Notes: a model not told the origin generated them from the sequence alone. DNA of 64,000 bases from Flavobacteriales bacterium (GCA_018057455.1 JAGPDT010000009.1:4586-68585), one strand, 5' to 3'. Shown: positions 1 through 9,544, counted from the first letter of the stretch. A program made the numbers and translations.

Positions 1-1065
1 CTTGTCGATGGCGGCGAGCTGGTCGGCGGGGTACTTTTCCTTGGGCTTGATCCCCAAGGCTTCGTTGTATTTGGTGCGGGCCTCTTCATACTTGGCGCCT
101 TTGTAGGCCGCGTCGCCGGCCTTGATGGCCGCTTGGAAATTGGCTTCCACTTCGGCGGCTTTCCGGTCCGCATCGGCCTTGGCCGCCAGGTCGGCGAGGA
201 ATGCATCGCATTCCTTGATCTTCTGTTTGGGGTAGGCCTCTTCCTCCTTCACGCCGGAGGCGGCGGCATATTTGGCCTTGGCCTCACCATAGCTCTTCTT
301 GGCCAGCAGCGCATCCGCCTCCTTGACCAGGTCGGCGTATTGTTTGTTGCGCTGCTCGGCGCGCTCGAGTTCACCCAGTTTGATCTTGGCATCGCTCAGG
401 CGCGCGGTGGCAATGGGGTCGCCAGCCCGTAGGCCCAAGGCATCGGTGAAGTTCTGCACGGCTTTGCCGAATTCCTTGGCCGCCATGGCCGCATTGCCCT
501 GCTCCATGAGCTTGGCGAATGCCGCTTCGGAATCGGCCTCCCGCTTCTGTTTCTCATCATAGGCCTTCTGCAGGCGGCCCAGCTCGGCCCGCATCTGCTC
601 GGTGTACTCGAGGTCCCATGCCAACATGCCGGTGGAGGCGTCGTACTTGGATTTGCCGATGGGCTGGTTGAGGATCGTGTAGTCGATGCCGGGGATGTCC
701 TTGAAGAGGGTCATCTCCACGTTCATGGCCAGGCCCCCTTGGCGGTCGTCCTCGGGGATGCCCTTGGTGTTGATGGACACGTTCTTGCCCACCACGCCCT
801 GCTTTTCGAACAGGATCTTGTAGTCGTAGCCGTAATCGAGGTTGAACTCGTACTTGCCGTTGGCACTGGTGACCACGGAATTGAGCTTGGCCCCGTCCTT
901 GAAGACCGTTACGGTGATGCCGTCGAGCTTCTTGGAGGTGTTGTAGTCCTTGACCGTGCCATAGACATAGATGTTGTCGATCTGGGCTTGTGCGCCTCCT
1001 GCCACGAACAGGAACAAGAGGAGCACCAAGGGGCGCACGAGGCGGGAAAGGAAGGATACAGCCAT
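1..1065 (-). CDS. secreted protein with CarboxypepD_reg-like N-terminal beta-sandwich and A/K/E-rich TPR-like/coiled-coil region (3' end outside window)
   Basis: Absent from the ORF track because it runs off the left edge. My reverse-complement translation from ATG at 1065 reads MAVSFLSRLVRPLVLLLFLFVAGGAQAQIDNIYVYGTVKDYNTSKKLDGITVTVFKDGAKL..., i.e. a signal peptide followed by a CarboxypepD_reg-like motif. It stays open in frame to nt 1. Confidence 0.6.
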   Translation of the reverse strand, partial: MAVSFLSRLVRPLVLLLFLFVAGGAQAQIDNIYVYGTVKDYNTSKKLDGITVTVFKDGAKLNSVVTSANGKYEFNLDYGYDYKILFEKQGVVGKNVSINTKGIPEDDRQGGLAMNVEMTLFKDIPGIDYTILNQPIGKSKYDASTGMLAWDLEYTEQMRAELGRLQKAYDEKQKREADSEAAFAKLMEQGNAAMAAKEFGKAVQNFTDALGLRAGDPIATARLSDAKIKLGELERAEQRNKQYADLVKEADALLAKKSYGEAKAKYAAASGVKEEEAYPKQKIKECDAFLADLAAKADADRKAAEVEANFQAAIKAGDAAYKGAKYEEARTKYNEALGIKPKEKYPADQLAAIDK

Positions 1066-1156
1066 GCAGGAACGGTTTGCCGGGGCTTTGCAAACACAGC
1101 CGCAATTTAGGACAACTTTGGCGGCCGGGCCAATCCAACGCCTGTTCCGGACCTCC

Positions 1157-2278
1157 ATGCAGAGCATTTGGGAATCGCGTTCCTTCCCTAACGACGCCGA
1201 CCTGGTGGTGGTGGGCGCCGGGATCACCGGGCTGTTCACCGCATGGCACGCCCGGCACCGGGACCCGTTGCGCAAGGTGGTGGTGCTCGAGCGCGGGCCC
1301 CATCCCTGCGGGGCCAGCGTGAAGAATGCGGGCTTTGCCTGCTTCGGCAGCCCCAGCCAGCTGCTGCACGACCTGGACCAGGAAGGAGCGGACACCGCGC
1401 TGCACCGCGTGGAGGAGCGATGGCGCGGCCTGCAGGAGCTGCGCGCCACGTTGGGCGATGCAGCCATCGGCTTTGAACCGGTGGGCGGGTATGAGGTGTT
1501 CATGCCGGGTGATCCGCTGTACACCCGTGTGGCCGCCCGGTTCGGGGAACTGAACCGGGCGCTGCACGGCATCTTCGGGCAGGACGTGTTCACCTGGGCC
1601 GATGAGCGGACCGGTGCCTTGGGCCTCCACGCCGGACACCTGGCCTGGAATCCTTTGGAAGGCGCGGTGGACAGTGGCCGGCTGATGCAACGCTTGCTGG
1701 GCCTGGCCCGGGCGGAAGGCGTGGAAGTGCGGTTCAATGCCGCCGTGCAGGGCTGGGAAGAACTACCGGCCCATGTTGAACTCCGGTTGGAAGGCGGTGG
1801 GCGGGTGAAGGCCTCGCAAGCCGTGCTCGCCACCAACGGATACAGCCGGGGGTTGCAGCCTTCCATCGATGTGGTGCCGGGCCGCGGGCAGGTGCTGCTC
1901 ACCACGCCGATCCCCGGCCTGCGGCTCAGGGGCACCTTCCACATGGAAGAAGGCTACTACTACTTCCGCGACCTGGGCGGGCGCGTACTGCTGGGTGGCG
2001 GCCGCCACTTGGACAAGGCCGGCGAAACCACCACCGTGGACGCCACCACCGCACCGATCCAAGCCGCCTTGGAACAACTGCTGCACAACACCATCGTGCC
2101 GGGCCGACCCTTCACCATTGAGCGCCGCTGGAGCGGCATCATGGGCTTCCGTACACAGGGCGGCCCTGCCGTGGTGGAACGCATCTCGCCGCACGTGGTG
2201 GTGGCCGCGGGCCTGGGCGGCATCGGCGTGGCCATCGGCATCCGCGTGGGCCGCAGAGCCGCCGGATTGGTGGAATAG
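1157..2278 (+). CDS. FAD-dependent oxidoreductase (DAO-like family)
   Basis: ORF 971..2278. The dinucleotide-binding motif DLVVVGAGITGL lies just after the chosen ATG 1157. ATG 1064 is an alternative but would overlap the divergent gene start. Confidence 0.8.
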   Translation: MQSIWESRSFPNDADLVVVGAGITGLFTAWHARHRDPLRKVVVLERGPHPCGASVKNAGFACFGSPSQLLHDLDQEGADTALHRVEERWRGLQELRATLGDAAIGFEPVGGYEVFMPGDPLYTRVAARFGELNRALHGIFGQDVFTWADERTGALGLHAGHLAWNPLEGAVDSGRLMQRLLGLARAEGVEVRFNAAVQGWEELPAHVELRLEGGGRVKASQAVLATNGYSRGLQPSIDVVPGRGQVLLTTPIPGLRLRGTFHMEEGYYYFRDLGGRVLLGGGRHLDKAGETTTVDATTAPIQAALEQLLHNTIVPGRPFTIERRWSGIMGFRTQGGPAVVERISPHVVVAAGLGGIGVAIGIRVGRRAAGLVE

Positions 2279-2296
2279 GCCGCCTCGCCCCCCTTC

Positions 2297-2304
2297 TATC
2301 TTTG
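2297..2304 (+). promoter_or_regulatory. candidate Bacteroidota -7 promoter box (TATCTTTG, fits TAnnTTTG)
   Basis: The motif ends 4 nt before ATG 2309 of the M1 peptidase gene, which would give a near-leaderless transcript. Confidence 0.3.
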
Positions 2305-2308
2305 GTGC

Positions 2309-4003
2309 ATGCGACCGCTGCACGCCCTTCTCCTCCTTGCCGCACTGCTCCCCGCCACGGCCAGCGCACAACTGCTGCAACCCCACAAGGGCCACACCCA
2401 TGCCGATACCCTGCGCGGCACCAATGGCCCCTTCCGCAGCTGGTGGGACGCAACGCACTACGACGTGACCGTGCAGCCCCACTTTGCCGCCAAGCGGATC
2501 GAGGGCACCACGCGGATCAGCTTCCGGGCATTGGAAAATGGCCAACGCATGCAGGTGGACCTCCAGCCCCCGCTGGAGATCCATTCGATGACCCTGGCCA
2601 CCGAAGGCGGTGAAACGGACGTGCCTTTCACCCGCGAAGGGAATGTAGCCTGGGTGGAGCTGCCGCAGCCCCTGCAAGCAGGCAGCCGCGCTGCATTGAC
2701 CATCCGCTACGGAGGTGTACCGCGCGAAGCCAGGAACCCGCCATGGGACGGTGGCTGGATCTGGGCCACCGACCCCGCCGGAAACCCATGGATGAGCGTG
2801 GCCTGCCAAGGACTTGGGGCCAGCGTGTGGTACCCCTGCAAGGACATCCAGAGCGACGAGCCCGACAGTGCCGCGCTGCACATCGTGGTGCCGGAAGGAA
2901 CCCAGGGCATCGGCAACGGCCGGCTGCGCAGCACCGTGGACAACGGCAACGGCACCAGCACGTGGACCTGGGCCGTGGCCAGCCCGATCAACCCGTACAA
3001 CCTGGTACCCTACATCGGGGGATATGCCCATTTCCATGAGGTCTTCCAAGGACAGGCCGGGCCGCTGGACCTGGACTACTGGGTGCTGCGGGACAATGAG
3101 GACCGGGCCCGCGCCCATTTCAAGCAGGTGCCCGGCATGATCCAATGCTTCGAGGACTGGTTCGGCCCCTACCCCTTCTACAGCGATGGCTACAAGCTGG
3201 TGGAGGCCCCGCACCTGGGCATGGAGCACCAGAGCGCCGTGGCCTATGGCAACCACTACCTCAACGGGTACCTGGGCCGCGACCTCAGCGGCAGCGGCTG
3301 GGGCCTGCAGTGGGACTTCATCATCATCCATGAAAGCGCCCATGAATGGTTCGGCAACAACATCACCACGGCCGACATCGCCGACATGTGGGTGCACGAA
3401 GGCTTCACCAACTATGCCGAAGCCCTGTACACCGGATGCCGCTTCGGGAAAGCCGCCGGGGAAGACTACGTGGTGGGGCTGCGCAGGAACATCCGCAACG
3501 ACATCCCCATCCTAGGCCCCTATGGCGTGAACCAGGAAGGCAGTGGCGACATGTACTACAAAGGCTCCAACCTGGTGCATACCCTTCGCCACAGCATGGA
3601 CAATGACTCCCTGTTCAAGGCCATGCTGCGCGAAATGAACCGGCGCTACCGCCACAGCATCGTCACCAGTGCGGAGGTGGAGGCGTTCATCAGCCACTTC
3701 AGCGGGCACGACTTCGGGAAGGTCTTCGACCAATACCTGCGCACCACCCAAGTGCCCGAGCTGCAATGGACCGTGGACCGCGGCAAGCTGTACGTGCGGT
3801 TCGCCAACTGCGTGGAAGGATTCGCCATGCCGGTCAGCATCATCGTGAACGGCGAGCAACGCACCGTGCCGATCACCGACCGCTGGAGCTCCCCCGCCCA
3901 CGGCCTGAAAGACCGCACCACCACCTTGGTCGCCGACCGGAACTGGTACATCACGGTGAAGCGCACCGCGCAATCAGCGGTGAAAGACATGCGCCTCCGG
4001 TGA
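2309..4003 (+). CDS. M1-family zinc aminopeptidase, secreted
   Basis: HESAHEWFGN plus WVHEGFTNY gives HEXXH-X18-E. N-terminal signal peptide MRPLHALLLLAALLPATASAQ. Confidence 0.9.
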   Translation: MRPLHALLLLAALLPATASAQLLQPHKGHTHADTLRGTNGPFRSWWDATHYDVTVQPHFAAKRIEGTTRISFRALENGQRMQVDLQPPLEIHSMTLATEGGETDVPFTREGNVAWVELPQPLQAGSRAALTIRYGGVPREARNPPWDGGWIWATDPAGNPWMSVACQGLGASVWYPCKDIQSDEPDSAALHIVVPEGTQGIGNGRLRSTVDNGNGTSTWTWAVASPINPYNLVPYIGGYAHFHEVFQGQAGPLDLDYWVLRDNEDRARAHFKQVPGMIQCFEDWFGPYPFYSDGYKLVEAPHLGMEHQSAVAYGNHYLNGYLGRDLSGSGWGLQWDFIIIHESAHEWFGNNITTADIADMWVHEGFTNYAEALYTGCRFGKAAGEDYVVGLRRNIRNDIPILGPYGVNQEGSGDMYYKGSNLVHTLRHSMDNDSLFKAMLREMNRRYRHSIVTSAEVEAFISHFSGHDFGKVFDQYLRTTQVPELQWTVDRGKLYVRFANCVEGFAMPVSIIVNGEQRTVPITDRWSSPAHGLKDRTTTLVADRNWYITVKRTAQSAVKDMRLR

Positions 4004-4063
4004 TCGGTGCCCTCCCCTGTTTTCGGTATGCCGCAAGCCAGTTCCACAAAATACCTTGGGCCC

Positions 4064-5125
4064 ATGCGCCGCTTGTTGTTCCTCTGCTTCAGTGCAACGG
4101 CCCTGCACGCCAACGCCCAACTCGGCGAGCAGCTAAGGCGAATGCTCAATGGCGACCCCGATGCGCCGTTGGTGTACGACACGAACTACGTGGCCAGCTA
4201 CCGCAGCAACCTCACCTTGTCCCTGCTCACCAAATACCAAAGCGTGGACGTGGACATAGAGCAGGACGAGGGGCAAAGCCTCTCCTTTTCGGCCAACACC
4301 ACCGAGCAATACGGCATGGGCCTGAACTATAAGTGGCTGAGCGCCGAATTCACGTTCACCGTTCCTGCCTTGGACGATTATGACCCCGCCCTTGGCAAGA
4401 GCACCTCCCGCGGGTTCGGGCTGGGCTACACGGGCCGCCGCCTGTGGGCCCGGGGGTTCTGGAACAAGACCAGCGGATACTACCTCAATGATCCCGGGAG
4501 CTGGGTGGCCGGATGGGAAGAAGGTGACCGGCCCGTCACGCGTGGCGACCTGGCCAGCGAAACGTACATGCTCTCGGCCAACTACGCCCTGAGCGGTAAG
4601 AAGCGCTTCAGCCAGAACGCGGCACTCTTCCAGCAGGAACGGCAGAAGCGCAGCGCCGGCACCTTCGTGCTGGGCTTTTCAGGTTGGCGGTCGTTCGTCT
4701 CCGCGGACAGTTCCATCCTCAGCCCCGCATTGGTGGACACCTTCCAGCTGGCCACGGGATTCCGTTCCGTGGAACGATCGCTGATCGGCCTCACCGTGGG
4801 CTACACCCACACGTTCAGCCTTTGGCACAAAGGGTTCATCCATGCGGCGATCCTGCCGGGCCTGGGCTACGTGCACCAAAGCATCAACACGTCCTCAACA
4901 GAAGAGCTGACCGGCACGGGCGTTGGCGCCGTCACGGAGTTCAAACTTGGCGCGGGGTACAACGGCGACCGCTGGTACACAGCCCTCACCACGGCCTTCT
5001 ACTACAGCACCACCCCCATCGCCGAACACCTCAACCTGAGCACCAACTACGGGTTCGTCCGCTTCGCCATCGGCATCCGCCTGGGGGCCCCGGGGATCAG
5101 CGGACTGCAGAAAGTGGGCCTGTAA
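4064..5125 (+). CDS. outer-membrane beta-barrel-type protein (DUF4421-like)
   Basis: ORF 4007..5125, with start moved to MRRLLFLCFSATALHANAQ (signal peptide). Alternating aromatic/Gly-rich strands and a C-terminal aromatic-rich end. Family assignment is from memory only. Confidence 0.5.
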   Translation: MRRLLFLCFSATALHANAQLGEQLRRMLNGDPDAPLVYDTNYVASYRSNLTLSLLTKYQSVDVDIEQDEGQSLSFSANTTEQYGMGLNYKWLSAEFTFTVPALDDYDPALGKSTSRGFGLGYTGRRLWARGFWNKTSGYYLNDPGSWVAGWEEGDRPVTRGDLASETYMLSANYALSGKKRFSQNAALFQQERQKRSAGTFVLGFSGWRSFVSADSSILSPALVDTFQLATGFRSVERSLIGLTVGYTHTFSLWHKGFIHAAILPGLGYVHQSINTSSTEELTGTGVGAVTEFKLGAGYNGDRWYTALTTAFYYSTTPIAEHLNLSTNYGFVRFAIGIRLGAPGISGLQKVGL

Positions 5126-5133
5126 ACGGGCGT

Positions 5134-5583
5134 TCAACCTTGCATGGCCTTGGCCAACCGCTTTGCCGCCATGGTGCGCACCTTACCATGCACCATGGGG
5201 GTCCACCCCAACAGCAGCCCCGTGGGACCCAACGCCTGACGGGTCCAACGCCACAGGTTGAACCGGTCGCGTTGCCGCACGATCAACCCATCGCGCAGTT
5301 CGAACTCGCTGCGGATCGTGTTGTGCACCTTGCGGCCCGTGCTGCCGAACGTGTAGAATGCCTCCCAGGTGCACACGCCATGTGTTGGTCCCTCTTCCAG
5401 GACCTTGAACGCCAGCCGCAGGTCCGTGCCACCCTCCAGCAGCATTTTCCACATGGCCTTCACTTGTGCGGCATGCAGGCCCGGGAACACGGGATCGCTG
5501 AAGCGGGCATCCTGGGCATATAAGGCCCCCATGGTGGCCCAGTCGTGCCGGGCCAATGCGGAATAGAAACGCTCGAGCAGCAT
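5134..5583 (-). CDS. NTF2-like / SnoaL-like small protein
   Basis: 149 aa. The opening MLLERFYSALARHDWATMGALYAQDARFSDPVF is typical of SnoaL-like folds. Confidence 0.6.
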   Translation of the reverse strand: MLLERFYSALARHDWATMGALYAQDARFSDPVFPGLHAAQVKAMWKMLLEGGTDLRLAFKVLEEGPTHGVCTWEAFYTFGSTGRKVHNTIRSEFELRDGLIVRQRDRFNLWRWTRQALGPTGLLLGWTPMVHGKVRTMAAKRLAKAMQG

Positions 5584-5896
5584 GAGGGGAACAAGTTAGT
5601 GCGGACAACGGCCGAACCAACACATGGCGGACCAACACCATGGATCCGCACCGCACGCGCCACCCTGGAAGTCCCGATCCGGTTCCCGCGCCGTTGCCCA
5701 TGACCATCCCCGGCCTGGGCCCTTGGCGAAACGAAGAACAGGACCCAAGTGCCCACACGTGGACACCTCCGGCACGGGAACGCGGTCCGGGCGTGGGAAC
5801 ACTGCGGCAAGGCATCCGCGCAATGCAGGACACAGCCCGTGGGCGTACTTCAAATGGCCATGAACAACCGCCTGTTGCAACGGTGCGCCCTTTGCA

Positions 5897-6145
5897 GCAG
5901 GGCTATCGCCTCATATTCTCAATGTGGTCTATGCCATGCTGTGCGACACCCTTCGGGGTCGTTTCCCTCTAGGCGCAATGGTTCTACGGTGTGTGACCCA
6001 CTTCGGGGTCACATGTGGAAGTGCTCTTGGTGACCCCGAAGTGGGTCACACACCGTAGCATTTTCACGAAGAATGGAGGTTCGACCCCGAAGGGCGTCGC
6101 ACAATTCCCCATGCCGGTCAGAATAATTTGAAGCGATAGCCCTGC
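5897..6145. repeat. nested palindromic element of about 250 bp, copy A (REP/MITE-like)
   Basis: Three nested inverted-repeat pairs. Outer: GCAGGGCTATCGC (5897-5909) / GCGATAGCCCTGC (6133-6145). Middle: TGTGCGACACCCTTCGGGGTCG (5940-) / CGACCCCGAAGGGCGTCGCACA (-6104). Inner: CTACGGTGTGTGACCCACTTCGGGGTCAC / GTGACCCCGAAGTGGGTCACACACCGTAG. A related copy lies at 14989-15164. Confidence 0.75.
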
Positions 6146-6212
6146 CCTTTGCAGGCACACCGGTGGCACAGCCCATAAATTTGTACCGGCCTATCTGCCA
6201 GAAATCGAGCGA

Positions 6213-7679
6213 ATGACCCATGAGCAGCACCGGGTGCAATTGAGCGCCAACCAAAAGGCCAAGCGGATCAACGCGGACACGGCCATCTACGGCACCTTCG
6301 CGGAGATCGGCGCGGGGCAGGAAACGGTGCGGCACTTCTTCCGCGCGGGCGGCGCCTCGCAGACCATCGCCAAGGCGATGAGCGCCTACGACAAGGACTT
6401 CAGCAACGCCATCTACGGTGCCGAACCGGGCAACCGCTTCGTGTGCGAAAGCCGCTTGCGCAACATGATCCGCCATGAATACGGATTGATCGTGGAGCGG
6501 CTGGACCGCAAGGACCATCCGCAGAAGCGCTTCTTCAGCTTCGCCAACACGGTGACCACCAGCACGTACCAGAACCCGCACAGCGGCCATGGCTGGCTGG
6601 GCGTGCGGTTCCAGACCTCGCCCGAGCGCCCCACCAACGACGTGATCATCCATGTGCGGCTGCACGACCCCGACATCAACCTGCAGCAGGAAAGTATCGG
6701 GGTGCTGGGCGTGAACCTCCTGCATGCCTGCTTCTTCCACCACGAAGACCCGGAGCTGATGATGACCACGCTCTACGACAACCTGAGCCGGCATGTGGTG
6801 GAGATCGACATGATCCAGATGAACGGGCCCGACTTCAGCCAGGTGGACAACCGCCTGCTGAGCCTGCAACTGGTGAAACGCGGCTACACCGATGCGGTGA
6901 TCTTCGGGCCCGACGGGCAGAACCTGCAGGCCAGCGAAGTGCTCTACAAGAAGAACATCCTGGCCATCCGCGGCAGCTTCCGCCCGGTGACCAAGGTGAA
7001 CATCGACATGATCATGAACGGCTACAACATGTTCATCAAGGAACAGCGCGTGGACCGGCAGAACCTGCAAGTGCTCTTCGAGATCACCCTCAACAACCTG
7101 CAGGCCGACAGCGGCGCCGTGGACGAGAAGGACTTCATCGACCGCGCCGACATCCTCTGCTCGCTGGGGCAAACCGTGCTGATCAGCAACTACCAGGAAT
7201 ACTACAAGCTGGTGGAGTACTTCAGCCGCTTTACCAAGGCCCGCATGGGCCTGATCATGGGCGTGGCCAACCTGATCGAGGTGTTCGATGAGAAATACTA
7301 CCGCCACCTCAACGGCGGCATGCTCGAGGCCTTCGGCATCCTCTTCACACGCGACCTGAAGATCTACGTGTACCCCAGCAAGGCCGGCGAAGACGAGCCG
7401 TTGCTCACCTTGGACAACATGCCCGTACACCCGCGCCCCAGGCCGTTGTACGACTATTTGCTGAGCAACAAACGCATGGTGGACATCGAGACCTTCGACC
7501 CCAGCGTCCTGCACATCCTCAGCAAGGCCGTGCTGCAGATGATCCGTGAAGGCCAGGCCGGCTGGGAACCCATGGTGCCCCCGTACGTGGACAACATGAT
7601 CAAGGACAACAAGCTCTTCGGCTACCGGCCGCAGAACGGCCAGGCCAAGGCCAACAAGCCACAGGTGAGCCAAGCCTGA
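6213..7679 (+). CDS. conserved hypothetical protein (488 aa, cytoplasmic)
   Basis: Long ORF with coding-like composition (IYGTFAEIGAGQETVRHFF...). I cannot name the family with confidence. Confidence 0.6.
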   Translation: MTHEQHRVQLSANQKAKRINADTAIYGTFAEIGAGQETVRHFFRAGGASQTIAKAMSAYDKDFSNAIYGAEPGNRFVCESRLRNMIRHEYGLIVERLDRKDHPQKRFFSFANTVTTSTYQNPHSGHGWLGVRFQTSPERPTNDVIIHVRLHDPDINLQQESIGVLGVNLLHACFFHHEDPELMMTTLYDNLSRHVVEIDMIQMNGPDFSQVDNRLLSLQLVKRGYTDAVIFGPDGQNLQASEVLYKKNILAIRGSFRPVTKVNIDMIMNGYNMFIKEQRVDRQNLQVLFEITLNNLQADSGAVDEKDFIDRADILCSLGQTVLISNYQEYYKLVEYFSRFTKARMGLIMGVANLIEVFDEKYYRHLNGGMLEAFGILFTRDLKIYVYPSKAGEDEPLLTLDNMPVHPRPRPLYDYLLSNKRMVDIETFDPSVLHILSKAVLQMIREGQAGWEPMVPPYVDNMIKDNKLFGYRPQNGQAKANKPQVSQA

Positions 7680-7787
7680 CGCCCTCCGCCGCGAAGCCCG
7701 GCCACGGCCCCGCCGACCGCGCCTGCTCCCCGCTCCACCCGCTGGGCCGCCCAGCCGTGCCCGCCGGTCAACAACGGGCCCGACCCC

Positions 7788-7813
7788 AATAAAAGTATTT
7801 ACATGCTTTTATT
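7788..7813. promoter_or_regulatory. AT-rich inverted repeat, candidate Rrf2/NsrR-type operator
   Basis: AATAAAAG-N10-CTTTTATT, an isolated AT-rich island in GC-rich DNA about 50 nt upstream of ATG 7862. Confidence 0.35.
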
Positions 7814-7826
7814 TGCTCTTCCGCCC

Positions 7827-7834
7827 TACCTTTG
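7827..7834 (+). promoter_or_regulatory. candidate -7 box (TACCTTTG)
   Basis: Fits TAnnTTTG and sits 28 nt upstream of ATG 7862. Confidence 0.35.
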
Positions 7835-7861
7835 CCCCGGCACACACCCCAACGACCAACC

Positions 7862-9544
7862 ATGGAAACAACGACCGAGCCCATCCTGGACGTCACCACC
7901 CTCGCACCCGCGGTGAAACACTCCACCATCTTCGCCCATGTGGACGCCCTGCAGGACGGGGAAAGCTTCATCATCCACAACGACCACGACCCCAAGCCGC
8001 TCTACTTCCAACTGCACAACCTGTACGGTGATTCCTACACCTGGGAGTACTTGGAACAGGGCCCCCACCGGTGGAAAGTGCGGATCGGCAAAGAAGCCGA
8101 AGCTGCGCCGGGAACGGAAGGCGCGATCCTGGACGTGACGCGCCTGGCACCGGCGGTGAAGCACAGCACCATCTTCGGGCGCATCGCCCAGCTCTCCGAG
8201 GGCGGGTTCCTGATCATCCACAACGACCACGACCCCGCGCCCCTGCGCCACCAGCTTGGCCACACCCACCCGGGCATCATCGGTTGGGAATACTTGGAGA
8301 AAGGCCCCCGATGGTGGAAAGTGAAGATCACCAAGATCGCCCCGCGCAACCAGGAGGCCGGCCTGAACATCCTGGACGTGACCAAGCTCGCGCCCGCGGT
8401 GAAGCACACCACCATCTTCGAGCGCATCGCCAAGCTGCAGGGCGGCGAAAGCCTCACCATCCACAACGACCACGACCCCAAGCCCCTGCGGTACCACCTG
8501 GAGGCCGAGCACGGCAACACCTTCGGCTGGGACTACCTGGAACAAGGCCCCGAATGGTGGAAGGTGAAGATCACCCGCGCCATCGCAGGGAACAACGCCG
8601 GTGCGAACATCCTGGACGTGACCCAACTGGCGCCGCGCGAGAAGCACCCCACCATCTTCTCCCGCTACCACGCCCTGCAAGCAGGTGAAAGCCTCACCAT
8701 CCACAACGACCATGACCCCAAACCACTGTACTACCAGATGCAGGGCGAAATGGGCGACGTGTTCACCTGGGAGTACACCGAACAGGGCCCGCAATGGTGG
8801 AAGGTGAAGATCACCAAACGGCCCAGCGGGCAAGGCGCGGAAACCCTGGCCGAGATCGTCACCAAGGACATGCGCAAGGCCGAGGTCTTCAAGAAATACG
8901 GCCTCGATTTCTGCTGCAACGGCCACCTCACCATGCGTGAAGCCTGCGCCGCCAAAGGCCTGGACGTGACCCGTGTGGAACAGGAGCTGCGCGAGGCGGA
9001 CAAGGTGCAGAGCTCCACGGCCCTGCCCTACAACGAGTGGAACATCGACTTCCTGGCGGACTTCATCGTGAACACCCACCATGCCTTCCTGCGCAAGAAC
9101 CTGCCGGAGATCAGGAAGTATGCGGCCAAGGTGGCGCAGGTCCATGGCCAGAACCACCCGGAGCTCCACCGCGTGAACAAGCTGGTGCAGGAAGTGGATG
9201 CCGAGTTCACCGCCCACCTGCCCGAAGAGGAGCACAACATGTTCCCCTACATCAAGCAACTGGTGGCCGCCAAAAAGGCCGACCAGCCCCTGCCCGCCAG
9301 CCCCATGGGCCGCTTCAAGGATTCGCTGGAAGCCCTGGTGAAGGAACACGTGTCCGTGGGCGGCAAGCTGGACGAGATCGGTGCGCTCACCAACGGCTAT
9401 GCCCTGCCCGGTGATGCCTGTGCCAGCTACACCCTGCTCTACCGCCTGCTGCACGAACTGGAGGACGACACGCACGTGCACATCCACCTGGAGAACAACA
9501 TCCTCTTCCCGAAAGCCGCGGAGCTGGAGAAGTCCTTCAACTGA
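7862..9544 (+). CDS. fusion of four tandem DUF2249 modules with a RIC/ScdA/YtfE-type di-iron (hemerythrin-like) Fe-S repair domain
   Basis: Four modules of about 88 aa: ILDVTxLAPAVKHxTIF...GESxxIHNDHDPKPL...WEYLEQGPxxWKVKI. These are followed by ScdA_N-like EIVTKDMRKAEVFKKYGLDFCCNG and a hemerythrin-like part, FIVNTHHAFLRKNLPEI...EEEHNMFPYI...HIHLENNILFP. Confidence 0.85.
   Translation: METTTEPILDVTTLAPAVKHSTIFAHVDALQDGESFIIHNDHDPKPLYFQLHNLYGDSYTWEYLEQGPHRWKVRIGKEAEAAPGTEGAILDVTRLAPAVKHSTIFGRIAQLSEGGFLIIHNDHDPAPLRHQLGHTHPGIIGWEYLEKGPRWWKVKITKIAPRNQEAGLNILDVTKLAPAVKHTTIFERIAKLQGGESLTIHNDHDPKPLRYHLEAEHGNTFGWDYLEQGPEWWKVKITRAIAGNNAGANILDVTQLAPREKHPTIFSRYHALQAGESLTIHNDHDPKPLYYQMQGEMGDVFTWEYTEQGPQWWKVKITKRPSGQGAETLAEIVTKDMRKAEVFKKYGLDFCCNGHLTMREACAAKGLDVTRVEQELREADKVQSSTALPYNEWNIDFLADFIVNTHHAFLRKNLPEIRKYAAKVAQVHGQNHPELHRVNKLVQEVDAEFTAHLPEEEHNMFPYIKQLVAAKKADQPLPASPMGRFKDSLEALVKEHVSVGGKLDEIGALTNGYALPGDACASYTLLYRLLHELEDDTHVHIHLENNILFPKAAELEKSFN

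Noticed and set aside
5596-6033. Several 60-116-aa ORFs in the 630-nt gap between the SnoaL-like gene and the gene at 6213.
   Set aside because: They overlap one another in different frames, are Arg/Pro/Gly-rich, and are partly generated by the palindromic repeat. There is no support for coding.
6075-6104. GGTTCGACCCC (and GGCGGTTCGACCCGCC at about 15131-15146) resembling a tRNA T-arm, suggesting a tRNA gene or tRNA-derived SINE.
   Set aside because: No acceptor stem, D-arm or anticodon arm can be drawn around either site. The motif is simply one arm of the nested palindromic element.
7883-8820. Four DNA repeats of about 264 nt, considered as a CRISPR-like or non-coding tandem array.
   Set aside because: The repeats are contiguous with no spacers. 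They are much longer than CRISPR repeats, diverge mainly at synonymous-looking positions, and translate into the DUF2249 modules of one ORF.
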